Assembly (NCBI RefSeq): GCF_001194135.2
Contig: NC_069002.1
Span: 27,936,043 to 27,982,829, forward strand
Length of the DNA stretch: 46,787 nucleotides
Reading direction: 5' to 3'
Source of the DNA: Octopus bimaculoides
Taxonomy: Eukaryota
The notes beneath the pieces are model-generated. The model saw only the letters and a list, made by a program, of their open reading frames with translations. It was not told the DNA's origin and did no database searches. How positions within the stretch are numbered: the stretch's first letter is position 1; each line of letters opens with the position of its first letter. Below are positions 12,424 through 23,059 of the stretch, piece after piece. The position numbers and the translations under genes are program-made.

Positions 12424-12798
12424 AAGAAATAATTTATTCTCAAACACATGATAATGCTAATACAATAGCATTAACAGGATAAATTATCCATATATTGCAG
12501 AAAAAAATCGTTACCGGCCAGCCATGTGACTCGGACTCACATCCCTATGATTACGTGTCAAGTGCTTTACCTTTAAGCTAAACTACCAAGTAACAAATTG
12601 CTCTGCAATTTTAGGATTTATAAATTTGTTACTGGGCAGTTTAGCTTACAGGTAAAGTACTTGATGCGTAATCACAGGGATGTGAGTTCAAGTCTCATGG
12701 CTGGCTGGTAATGATTTTTGTCTGCAATATGTGGATAGTTTATCCTGTTCATGCTTTTGTATTAGCATCATCCTGCGTTTGAAAATAAATTATTTCTG
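12424..12798. mobile_element. Palindromic fold-back element (arms about 175 bp, 23-nt spacer, TA flanks), each arm carrying a tRNA-like cassette
   Basis: 12425-12599 versus the reverse complement of 12623-12797: about 21 mismatches and no indels by hand alignment; A box, B box and cloverleaf stems in each arm. Confidence 0.85.
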
Positions 12799-13951
12799 TA
12801 CCTTTCAATACATCTCAACGCTTCTAAAGCAAAGTTTGTTTGCTTTCATTGTAAGTTGAGTTTAAAAAAAAAAATTCAAATTCTCTCAAGGTTTGTAAAT
12901 TCTTATGTAAACAACATAATAAACTTTGTATAAACTGGTAACAATAAATTTTGAAGGATTAATCTGGTCTAATGGTAGACCAGCTGTCATGTTTACAGAA
13001 AATGAGGGTTCATGCCCCACGGGTAGCCTTTGATTTTATCTAGCCAAAAGATTTTTTTAACCCAATATTTTCATGCAATTATTCATAGCTTTATCTGCTT
13101 TGAGCTCCACCATTAGCAAAAAAAAACTTAATTTTGATATGAGTACCATATTATTTTTCCACTCTATCATATGTGAGGCAAGGATCATGGTGGTTTTTGC
13201 CATCATGCTGGTGCCATGTAAAAGGCTGGTGCCACATAAAAGCACCAAGTACACTCTGTAAAGTCGTTGGCATTAGGAAGGCCATTCAGCTGTAGAAACC
13301 TGGCTAAATCAGACAATTGATGCAGCTCTCTGTCTTGCCAGCTTTTGTTAAACTGTCCAACCCATGCCAGCATGGAAAATGGTCGTTAAATGATGATGAT
13401 GATGAGGAGGAGGAGGATGTCCAACTGGCATATCATTTGGTACATTCTGTTTTAGCTAATTTCTGTTTTCTCAGTCTTCTGTTTTTATCTCATTACACAG
13501 TGAAACTCTGCATGATATAAATGTGGAAATCAAAAAAAAAAAAATTTTTTTATTTATAAAATACATAAAAAAAAATGTTCTAGTGCACACAATCACATCC
13601 CTAAGCAAGTGACAGCTCCCAAAGTCTCATAGATAAGAAATAATGAGATGACTCACTGAAGGGGCAGGTATTTCTGGCAAACATATCACTATGACCCTCT
13701 GGGTGGTTGTGTGGTTGCTAACATGTTACCATATTTGATACTTTGTAAGATGAACTTTTTTTCACTAAATATGTCTCAAAAAATAACCCTGAGTTAGTGT
13801 GGTGGAGTGGGGTGGTGGTGGTGGCGGCGGTGTTGACATTCCATTCATGTTTTCTGTTGTTTGTTGTTGGGAATAATAAACCTCCTCACTCCACCACATT
13901 ACTCAACCTGATGACTTAAGATAGAGTGAGAAGGTAAAAAAGGATACAGAT

Positions 13952-14360
13952 AGGCGCAGGAGTGGCTGTGTGGTAAGTAGCTTGTTTACCAACCACATGG
14001 TTCCAGGTTCAATCCAACTACGTGGCAGCTTGGGAAAGTGTCTTCTACTATAGCCTCGGGCTGACCAAAGCCTTGTGAGTGGATTTGGTAGACGGAAACT
14101 GAAAGAAGCCCGTCGTATATATGTATATATGTATGTGTGTGTATGTATTTGTGTGTCTGTGTTTGTCCCCCCAACATCGCTTGACAACCGATGCTGGTGT
14201 GTTTACGTCCCCCGTAACTTAGCGGTTCAGCAAAAGAAACCGATAGAATAAGTACTAGGCTTACAAAGAATAAGTCCTGGGGTCGATTTGCTCGACTAAA
14301 GGCGGTGCTCCAGCATGGCCACAGTAAAATGACTGAAACAAGTAAAAGAGTAAAAAGAGT
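13952..14360 (+). mobile_element. tRNA-derived SINE, family B, full length; other copies at about 412-590 (+), 8086-8240 (-), 23685-24095 (-), 24440-24845 (-), 25720-25880 (-), 26297-26465 (-), 30149-30300 (-), 38379-38778 (-), 42215-42470 (+), 44815-44968 (+)
   Basis: A box gtggctgtgtggtaag, B box ggttcaatcc, internal microsatellite, gagtaaaa-type tail; many near-identical copies. Confidence 0.88.
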
Positions 14361-14859
14361 ATACAAACCGTATAGTACATGAATCCACATACACACATTT
14401 AGTTTGAAGGTGTCCGTGTTAACATGATTATTATTGTCAAGAGCTGAGCTTCTAAAAAGTGAATGTCTATTTGCATGTTATATAATGAGAATAAGTCTCT
14501 GTTCAATCTGGTTCTGAGGAAACTGCATTGATGATCACTGATGTGTGAAACAAAGTCTAAATGAAAGAGGAAGTAGTCGTCAACTGTTTCAATCACTTCT
14601 GGGATATATAAGGCAATAAGAATAGTAACTGTTTAAGCAATAGGACAGTAAACTGGGTGGGATAGTGTGGTGACCTTCATTGTACTGAGAATACATGCTC
14701 AAGTGTTTTCATAAGTCAGGAGCTTTGTGAGTTTTTTTATTACAATTTAGGCTGAAAGGGATTGCTTTGAATAAACAGGATAATGTGAGCAGCTTTGATA
14801 TTTAACAAAGATTCGCAAAAATAAAGTTTTTAAAAATTCAGACATCAACCATGAAATAA

Positions 14860-14893
<34 letters not shown>

Positions 14894-14894
14894 T

Positions 14895-14965
<71 letters not shown>

Positions 14966-14967
14966 TA

Positions 14968-14998
<31 letters not shown>

Positions 14999-15190
14999 GT
15001 AGGGAGAATTCACAAAAAAACAAAAGACGAAGACAGGTGGTGTAGAAAACAAACTGATGTATTAGTATAACACTCGGGAATTGAAAAAATCTTTAACGTT
15101 TCAAGCCTACGCTCTTCCACAGAAAGGAACACAGAAAGAAACAAGGAGAAAAACAATGTGTGTAGTGGCTAGTGATCTGTACATGCATAC
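14999..15190 (-). mobile_element. Short Penelope-type element in a (TA)n tract, with a minimal hammerhead-like motif (15091-15126)
   Basis: Minus strand reads CTTT-CTGTGGA-A-GAGC-GTAG-GCTT-GAAA-CGTT-AAAG; sister copy at 44985-45180. Confidence 0.6.
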
Positions 15191-15199
15191 ACATACATA

Positions 15200-15600
15200 T
15201 TAGGTCATCCCATAAGTTCTGTCTGAATTTTGAATAAAGAAAACAAGTGATCAAATGTTATATATAATTGAAATTTAATCATCAATGTACTTTCCCTGAT
15301 TATCTATGACTTCCTTCCATCTATTTACAAGCTTTTTAATCCCATCAATGTAAAACTCCTTTGGCTTCAAAGCGAAGAACTCTGAAATGTCAGTTTCGAC
15401 CTCTTCCTGGCTTGCGAAAGTTATGTCCCCCAAATGATTCTGTAAACTATGAAACAAATGGTAGTCTGAAGGAACAAGGTCGGGAGAATAAGGTGGATGA
15501 GGAATTTTTGCTTAATGATCTATGCATTTTATGCACAGCTGTTGTAGAAACAGCTGTAAGAGACTTTATGCCTGATTTCTTAATCCCTTGTTTACTTTAA
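15200..15600 (-). mobile_element. Mariner transposase C-terminal relic with right TIR
   Basis: Minus strand encodes PHPPYSPDLVPSDY...FHSLQNHL...GIKKLVNRWKEVIDNQGKYIDD; TA followed by TTAGGTCATCCCATAAGTTC terminus at 15198-15220. Confidence 0.85.
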
Positions 15601-15720
15601 CTACTCTGCAATTATGTTTGTATTATAAATTACATGCTTTAAAGTGATACATGTTTTGCTTGTTCATTCTTTATATATATATACATAAACTGTAAACATT
15701 GACAATATTTGTCATTTCAG

Positions 15721-15822
15721 ACAATCGACGATTTAGAGAGAAAAGTCAAGGAAGCCAATATCGACATTGCTGTACGTCAAAGTTTCTTGACTGATCCAAC
15801 GAATGCCGTTAAAAATTTAAAG
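15721..15822 (+). CDS. GABBR1: GABA-B1 exon ([34 protein letters not shown])
   Basis: TTTCAG acceptor, GTAATG donor, 102 nt; not in the ORF track, translated by hand. Confidence 0.95.
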
Positions 15823-15984
15823 GTAATGATGGTGATGACGATGACGACGTTGATGATTTTTTTAATATCAAAAGTTAACTATTGATAGCTTAATACGGGA
15901 GCGCAGGGCAATTAACATTTCATACATGAATCTGAGAGTGCAATTGAAATATTGTCTTATGAGGGATGAGTGTTTAAAAAATGT

Positions 15985-16870
15985 TCAGATTGATGGTGAA
16001 GTGAACACAAGGATAGCAAAAGCCTTATCTCTGCCTTAGGATGTTTTCATCCTAATGTTCTGGGAAAGACCTGGCTTGACTATGAAGACAAAACTCAATA
16101 TATACAAAGCTGTTGTAGTTACTAGATTCATTTATGGATGAGAAACCTGGACAGGTTACTAGAGACATACAAAACCAAAAAGCTTAGCCAAAAATTCACA
16201 ACAGCAGAAGGCCAGGTAAAATTCCTAATCCTCCTATGCTTGGGAGAGCTAATATGTCAAATATGTATGCTTTGCTAAGTAAGTTTAGGAGGCGCAATGG
16301 CCCAGTGGTTAGGGCAGCGGACTCGTGGTCAGAGGATCATGGTTTCGATTCTCAGACCGGGCGTTGTGAGTGTTTATTGAGCGAAAACACCTAAAGCTCC
16401 ACGAGGCTCTGGCAGGGGATGGTGGCGAACCCTGCTGTACTCTTTCACCACAACTTTCTCTCACTCTTTCTTCCTGTTTCTGTTGTACCTGTAATTCAAA
16501 GGGGTCAGCCTTGTCACACTCTGTGTCACGCTGAATATCCCCGAGAACTACGTTAAGGGTACACGTGTCTGTGGAGTGCTCAGCCACTTGCATGTTAATT
16601 TCACGAGCAGGCTGTTCCGTTGATCGGATCAACTGGAACCCTCGACGTCGTAAGCGACGGAGTGCCAACAACAAGCTAAGTAAGTTCCAGCTGCAGTAGA
16701 CTGGACATGTAATGTGTATGCCTGACCCCAGACTCCTAAACAGATTTTCTTTGGTGAATTAGTAGTTAGCTCTTGGTCATGTGGTGGATTAAAGAGAAGA
16801 TACAAAGTCACTCTGAAGATGACCTTGTTAATGTGTAACTTAGAAGAATCTCCTTGGGAACCTCTTGCTC
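15985..16870 (+). mobile_element. Degenerate RTE LINE C-terminal fragment interrupted by a family A SINE
   Basis: Broken frames DGEVNTRIAKA, KTKLNIYKAVVVT...ETWT, GHVMCMP, KQIFFGEL, RRYKVTLK. Confidence 0.7.
16286..16674 (+). mobile_element. tRNA-derived SINE, family A, full length with 12-bp TSD
   Basis: A box tggcccagtggttagg, B box ggtttcgattc, (CAA)n tail; GCTAAGTAAGTT at 16274-16285 and 16675-16686. Confidence 0.92.
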
Positions 16871-17603
16871 AACATTGCATTGTTTACTGTGGAATAGTGC
16901 TGGCTGGTATGGGCAACGGTCAGTTTTCCATAAATAACCTTGTTAAGAAACTTTCCTAGAGCAGAAACTCACAGGATGGTCACAACCGAGAGGAGTTGAG
17001 ACTAGTTTATGAAGTGTGATGTGTGATGTGACTAAAAAGTAGCAACTATTTCAAACATAAAGCAACGAATGTTAAACCATTGCTGATAGTTTTGATTGTG
17101 GCAAACTCTGTTGCTGTCATTTGTGAAGTCACCATTAGTAGCGACACCACAGCATCATCCAAATGTTATATCTAATCCTGTTACCAGAATCCCCGCTTGC
17201 CCTTAGACAAGTTATTTAACTATTTATGTGTCTGTTATTCATATTGGGTTAAAAAAGATATCTTTTCTATTTCACTGTTAAGAAGGTGTTATTTATAAAT
17301 ATCTGTCTATAAAAGACATTTGCTTTAATCCATTTGTTACAATGTTTCTACTGAAATATTCTTCCTTCGTTTGCATTGATTTTGAAAATAAGAAAGAATT
17401 TGGTAAAATAACTTTGTCATGATTAAGCTAATGTTTGAAACATAAATTAACAAGAAATTTTGATGGAGAGCTTTAATTTAGATCACATCAACCCTTTTCT
17501 TATCATACTTCTGCTTGTTTCAATTAATTTTAAGTAATTGATAACAACCACTCATACACCTATGTGTACATAGTTCTAATTATTCCGTTTTTCTCTATTA
17601 CAG

Positions 17604-17669
17604 AGGCAGGATGCTCGTATCATCGTTGGAGTTTTTTATGAAGATATGGCCAGAAGGGTCTTCTGTCAA
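17604..17669 (+). CDS. GABBR1: GABA-B1 exon ([22 protein letters not shown])
   Basis: TACAG acceptor, GTACGT donor, 66 nt; [12 protein letters not shown] motif. Confidence 0.95.
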
Positions 17670-18439
17670 GTACGTAAAGATTATATATAATTTAAACTAA
17701 TAATTTTTCCTTAAGGATTCACCCTCAGTGATTCAATTATATATTCACCTAACTCATGCTAACATGGGAAAACAAATGTAAAACCTGAATCTTTATCTAG
17801 TTGCTTTATATACTTACACGTCCTCATCAACAATCCCAAGATATTAGTGACTGTGAGAATCTCAGTCTCATCTGGTGATAGATTTTTCTTCCTTGACAAT
17901 ATCCGAGGTGGCTCATATAAAGATGTTGATGTATGTGTATATGTCTTGTGTATGTTAGGTTCTGTGAAGGGTCAATGTTATAAAACTATGATCCTTATAT
18001 GTGAGATTAGTTTGGACATTGTTATGCCAGAGGAGTCTGTTTCTTGCTTTTGCATATTTTCTTTTGTTATTTATTAAGATACTGTATAACAATAACTATA
18101 TGCATCTCAGATTTATCACCACCGTTTTATTATTATTATTATTATTATTAGTTTGTCAGACTCACCTTTCCACAGCTTGTCTCTTTGACTGACCTGCAAT
18201 CTTGGATCAAGCGTAGACCGAGAAAGGGCACTTGGCACCTCGAGTGCTGTCAAGAACTCACGGCCCTCTGCCAGGCGGGCAATGTGATCGGTAGTAGCTC
18301 CACTCTAGCGTTCTATAGAGGGTTATTGGAGGAAAAGTGTGATGACATTCTCGGGGAAATTCCAAAATTTCAGGTCTTGTGCCTTTATTATTATTATTAT
18401 TGTTATTATTATTATTATTATCATTATTATTATTATTAT

Positions 18440-18595
18440 TAAGGTGGTGAGCTGGCATAAATGTTAGCACGCTGGACAAAAGGCTTAGTGGCATTTCATC
18501 TCTCTTTACGTTCTGAGTTCAAATTCTGCAATAGTCAGCTTCGCCTTCCATCCTTTCGGGGTCAATAAAATAAGTACCAGTTGAGCACTGGGGTG
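18440..18595 (+). mobile_element. Family C SINE; other copies at about 10620-10765 (+), 27553-27780 (+), 27789-28000 (+), 30655-30880 (+), 31376-31545 (+), 31560-31718 (-), 34625-34862 (-), 39482-39690 (-), 41290-41472 (-), 45302-45455 (-)
   Basis: Shared gtgagctggcag head, gagttcaaattc B box and aataagtaccagttg core; usually flanked by (TTA)n. Confidence 0.8.
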
Positions 18596-19235
18596 GTGGT
18601 GGTGGTGATGTGTTTACTTCTCCACCCCTTTCACATAATTTTATTTGATTTTGAAAATGAACAATCTGGTGTGTTTATTTGAATGGCCCATCAAGTTTGG
18701 GGTGGAGGCAGTTGTACGAAAGAAGGGTTTGGTGCAGTAGAACAGGTCGTTGTTGTTGTTGAACATTTATTTTTCGAAGGAAATTGACAAATCTTGTTAT
18801 TTTCTTCATCAATATTGTTTTCTCAACTAATTTTCTTACTCCACCTCTTCATAAACAAGACTGGATGCTAAAATTCAAATTTGTCAGGAAGGATTTCCTT
18901 TGACTCTGTTAAATTTCTAGATTTTGTATAATAGTTAGTTTTCTAAATTGATCTTTCATTTGGATAGAAAAAAACAAAAAAACCCTGCCATGTGCTGTTT
19001 TGAAGAGAATTTTTACTGTCTTCACTGGCTATTTTTATTTTTAAAGAAATGGTTAAATCCTCTGACTTTATATTTCTTCATTATTCCAGTGAAAGATTAA
19101 TTTTGTTATTACAAAGGAAAAATTACAACGTTTAACTTAATGTAAATTATTCTTACATTTAAAAAAAAAATTATTTGCAATTTTTTCCTAATTTCTTTTT
19201 ATTTTATTTGAAATTTCACAAAAATGTTTGTACCC

Positions 19236-19460
19236 TTAACCCTTTAGTGTTCAGATTATTCTATCAGACATAATGCTTCTTGATTCACATTGATTTGAAT
19301 TAATCATGCATTATCTCATCTTCAAGATCTTGATGGTGTAATTACTTAATGTAGAATAACATTGTAGGGTAGGTGTGAGAGCCTGGATCTGGTCAGTTTG
19401 AACATAAAACAGATTAAATATTTTGGCCGGATATAGCCGGTTTAAATACTAAAGGGTTAA
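19236..19460. mobile_element. TTAA-flanked MITE (piggyBac-like termini)
   Basis: TTAACCCTTTAGT...ACTAAAGGGTTAA; related fragments at 36222-36582 and 39930-40075. Confidence 0.75.
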
Positions 19461-19922
19461 ATCTGTATTTTTATTTCACATGTTTGTTAGCAGACTAAAT
19501 ATAAGATTTGATAGTCTTTCACATTCCATCATGTCCAGGTGTCTTGTTAATATTTTAAACCTTGGAATAATGTAACTTTTTAAAGAATAAAAAGTTTAGA
19601 ATGGTATAACAATGCACTATAGAACAAAAAATGGACTATATACCTGTTGTAACTTGGTTATCTATATAGTCCGATGATATTTCAGAATTACAATTCCTTC
19701 TTCAGATCTTATTTGCTGGAGTTTCTGCTATAAACTTTTTTAAGTTGTAAATAATTCATCTTTGAGAATCATATCATCACTTTTAAACTATCAAGCTTCA
19801 TCCTTCTCTTGATATTCATAAAGATTGTTGTCGAGGCACTACATGGCTGCTCCACATTTAGAGGAGAGAAATTCATAGAATTTTTTTTCTTTTTATTGCT
19901 GTTTTTTTTTTTTTATTTACAG

Positions 19923-20114
19923 GCTTACAAAGAAAAACTGTATGGCAAGAAGTATGTTTGGTTCATCATTGGTTGGTATCCAGACAACTGGTATATGGCC
20001 GAAGACAAATCTATCAACTGCACGGTCGATCAACTGAAGGAAGCTCTTGAAGGCCATTTTACAACAGAAGCCATGATCTTGAACCAACAACCTACAAAGA
20101 CTTTGGCAAATATG
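19923..20114 (+). CDS. GABBR1: GABA-B1 exon ([24 protein letters not shown]...KTLANM)
   Basis: ACAG acceptor, GTAGAA donor (weaker than the others), 192 nt; the frame joins the next exon. Confidence 0.95.
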
Positions 20115-21816
20115 GTAGAATTATATTCTCTTTTATTTAAAATATTGAAAAAATGTGCAGACTTGGCAGTGTGGTTCAGAAGTTTGCTTTCTAANNNNNN
20201 NNNNNNNNNNNNNNNNNNNNNNNNNNNNNNNNNNNNNNNNNNNNNNNNNNNNNNNNNNNNNNNNNNNNNNNNNNNNNNNNNNNNNNNNNNNNNNNNNNNN
20301 NNNNNNNNNNNNNNNNNNNNNNNNNNNNNNNNNNNNNNNNNNNNNNNNNNNNNNNNNNNNNNNNNNNNNNNNNNNNNNNNNNNNNNNNNNNNNNNNNNNN
20401 NNNNNNNNNNNNNNNNNNNNNNNNNNNNNNNNNNNNNNNNNNNNNNNNNNNNNNNNNNNNNNNNNNNNNNNNNNNNNNNNNNNNNNNNNNNNNNNNNNNN
20501 NNNNNNNNNNNNNNNNNNNNNNNNNNNNNNNNNNNNNNNNNNNNNNNNNNNNNNNNNNNNNNNNNNNNNNNNNNNNNNNNNNNNNNNNNNNNNNNNNNNN
20601 NNNNNNNNNNNNNNNNNNNNNNNNNNNNNNNNNNNNNNNNNNNNNNNNNNNNNNNNNNNNNNNNNNNNNNNNNNNNNNNNNNNNNNNNNNNNNNNNNNNN
20701 NNNNNNNNNNNNNNNNNNNNNNNNNNNNNNNNNNNNNNNNNNNNNNNNNNNNNNNNNNNNNNNNNNNNNNNNNNNNNNNNNNNNNNNNNNNNNNNNNNNN
20801 NNNNNNNNNNNNNNNNNNNNNNNNNNNNNNNNNNNNNNNNNNNNNNNNNNNNNNNNNNNNNNNNNNNNNNNNNNNNNNNNNNNNNNNNNNNNNNNNNNNN
20901 NNNNNNNNNNNNNNNNNNNNNNNNNNNNNNNNNNNNNNNNNNNNNNNNNNNNNNNNNNNNNNNNNNNNNNNNNNNNNNNNNNNNNNNNNNNNNNNNNNNN
21001 NNNNNNNNNNNNNNNNNNNNNNNNNNNNNNNNNNNNNNNNNNNNNNNNNNNNNNNNNNNNNNNNNNNNNNNNNNNNNNNNNNNNNNNNNNNNNNNNNNNN
21101 NNNNNNNNNNNNNNNNNNNNNNNNNNNNNNNNNNNNNNNNNNNNNNNNNNNNNNNNNNNNNNNNNNNNTTGTGGTATATTTGTTTTTCTAGATGTTTTGA
21201 ATGACATTTTTCATTGTTGAATTTGTTAATAGTTGGTTTTCTCTAAATTATATATATATAAAAGAAATACATCAAAGTTTTACATCCTTAATTTTTAAGA
21301 AACTATCTCCTTCTCTTCTCATTTCTCTTCTGCATAGTTTTCCTCTCCTACTATTTCCTGTCTACATATGAAGCTCATGTTGTCTTGTGTTTCCCTTCAG
21401 TTGCAGCCAGTTTCTCAAACAGAGGATGCAAAACTCTCCTGTCCTTTTTTTTTTAATTTCCCTCCTGTCAACTTTTTCCTGCAAAAAAAGACTGGATATT
21501 CCATTCTGCTTTTCACTTTACTCTTTCTTTTTGTTGATTTTTCTAAATAATACAAGTTGTACCAACAATCTCTTTGGATTTTTTTTAATGTAATAAGAAT
21601 ACGATCCTCATTCTTGTCTAATAAAATCAAAAATTATTTGTCTCGGCAGAGACTCATTTAAAGTACAACAACCATTTATGATTGTAAACAATGCTTCAAT
21701 GTAAGAATTACAAGACAACCTTTATGAAAGGTCATTTTGATTCCTATAAAATAACGAATCTTTCAGAATAACTGTATTATTTCAAATTTCTTTATCTTTC
21801 TCATTTTACATTTCAG

Positions 21817-21956
21817 ACATCGCAAAGATATAAAGAACGTCTTGACTCCGAACTAAATGTCACTGACACAAGCCAAGTCACCGGATACCCAGAATCTCCT
21901 CTTGCTTATGATGCATTGTGGGCTGTGGCATTAGCGCTAAACAAAACAGCAGCAAG
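21817..21956 (+). CDS. GABBR1: GABA-B1 exon (TSQRYKERLDSELNVTDTSQVTGYPESPLAYDALWAVALALNKTAA-R)
   Basis: TTTCAG acceptor, GTAAAT donor, 140 nt, ends in phase 2; PLAYDA.WA.ALALNKT motif. Confidence 0.95.
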
Positions 21957-21986
21957 GTAAATGCTTTTGAGTTTCATTATAGAATG

Positions 21987-22293
21987 TTGTTGTTGGCACT
22001 CCGTCGCTTATGACGTCGAGGGTTCCAGTTGATCCGATCAACGGAACAGCCTGCTCGTGAAATTAACGTGCAAGTGGTTGAGCACTCCACAGACACGTGT
22101 ACCCTTAACGTAGTTCTCGAGGATATTCAGCGTGACACAGTGTGACAAGGCTGACCCTTTGAATTACAGGCACAACAGAAACAGGAAGTAAAAGTGAGAG
22201 AAAGTTGTGGTGGAAGAGTACAGCAGGGTTTGCCACCACCCCCTGCCGGAGCCGTGCGGAGCTTTAGGTGTTTTTGCTCAATAAACACTCACC
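21987..22293 (-). mobile_element. Family A SINE lacking most of its tRNA head, 30 bp downstream of the donor at 21957
   Basis: Reverse complement of the body of 16286-16674. Confidence 0.88.
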
Positions 22294-22390
22294 ATGCCGG
22301 TCTGGGAATTAAGCCTTAATTTGCAAATAAAAAAAATTATATATCCCCCAATGCAGTGTTGAGCACTCATTTCATTGTTTAACATTTATG

Positions 22391-22428
<38 letters not shown>

Positions 22429-22917
22429 TATATGGGTACAGGACGTCACCAACTGTGCAAACAACATGACTGAGGACTGGTGAACCAGATAGCTACACCA
22501 GGCTCCAATCTGATTTGGCAGAGTTTCTACAACTGGATGCCCTTTCTAACGCCAACCATTCACAGAGTGTAGTGGGTGCTTTTACGTGCCACCGGCACGA
22601 AGGCCAGTCAGGCAGTACTGGCAACGGCCATGCTCAAAACTGTATTTTACATGCCACCTGCACAGGAGCCAGTCCAGCGGCACTAGCAACAATCTCGCTC
22701 GAAAGTCTTTACACGTACCACCGGCACAAGTGCCAGAAAGGCGACACTGGGCACAGGTGCCATCACGATTTTGCTTTCGCTTGCCCCAAAAGGTCTTCGC
22801 AAGCCGAGTTTCGTGTCCAATGAAGGAGACGACATTGGCATGGGTGCCAGTGTACTAATGTATTTGAACATAGACAGAAATGGAGATTAACTCTGTTTTT
22901 TTCTTTTTGTCTTACAG

Positions 22918-23023
22918 ATTAGCATTGAAAAATCTCACATTGGACGAATTTGATTACAATAAAAAGCATATTACAGATGAAATTTATTCAGCAATGGATT
23001 CAACAAGTTTTCTAGGAGTGTCG
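22918..23023 (+). CDS. GABBR1: GABA-B1 exon (LALKNLTLDEFDYNKKHITDEIYSAMDSTSFLGVS)
   Basis: TACAG acceptor, GTAAGT donor, 106 nt, starts in phase 2. Confidence 0.95.
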
Positions 23024-23059
23024 GTAAGTTGGTTTCCTTCAGATTTGTTTGAATTACAC

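Noticed and set aside
14861-15070. YIYIYI and VCVC ORFs here and at 8719-9210
   Set aside because: Translations of (TA)n and (GT)n microsatellites.
16286-16360. tRNA-like heads as real tRNA genes
   Set aside because: They continue into multi-copy SINE bodies with TSDs and lack intact acceptor stems.
18150-18365. GC-richer insert between (TTA)n tracts with an 85-aa ORF
   Set aside because: No recognisable domain; probably a retroelement scrap, but I cannot assign it.
19809-21207. 460, 349 and 338 aa ORFs
   Set aside because: Only 19923-20114 is exonic; the rest is intron plus a 975-base gap.
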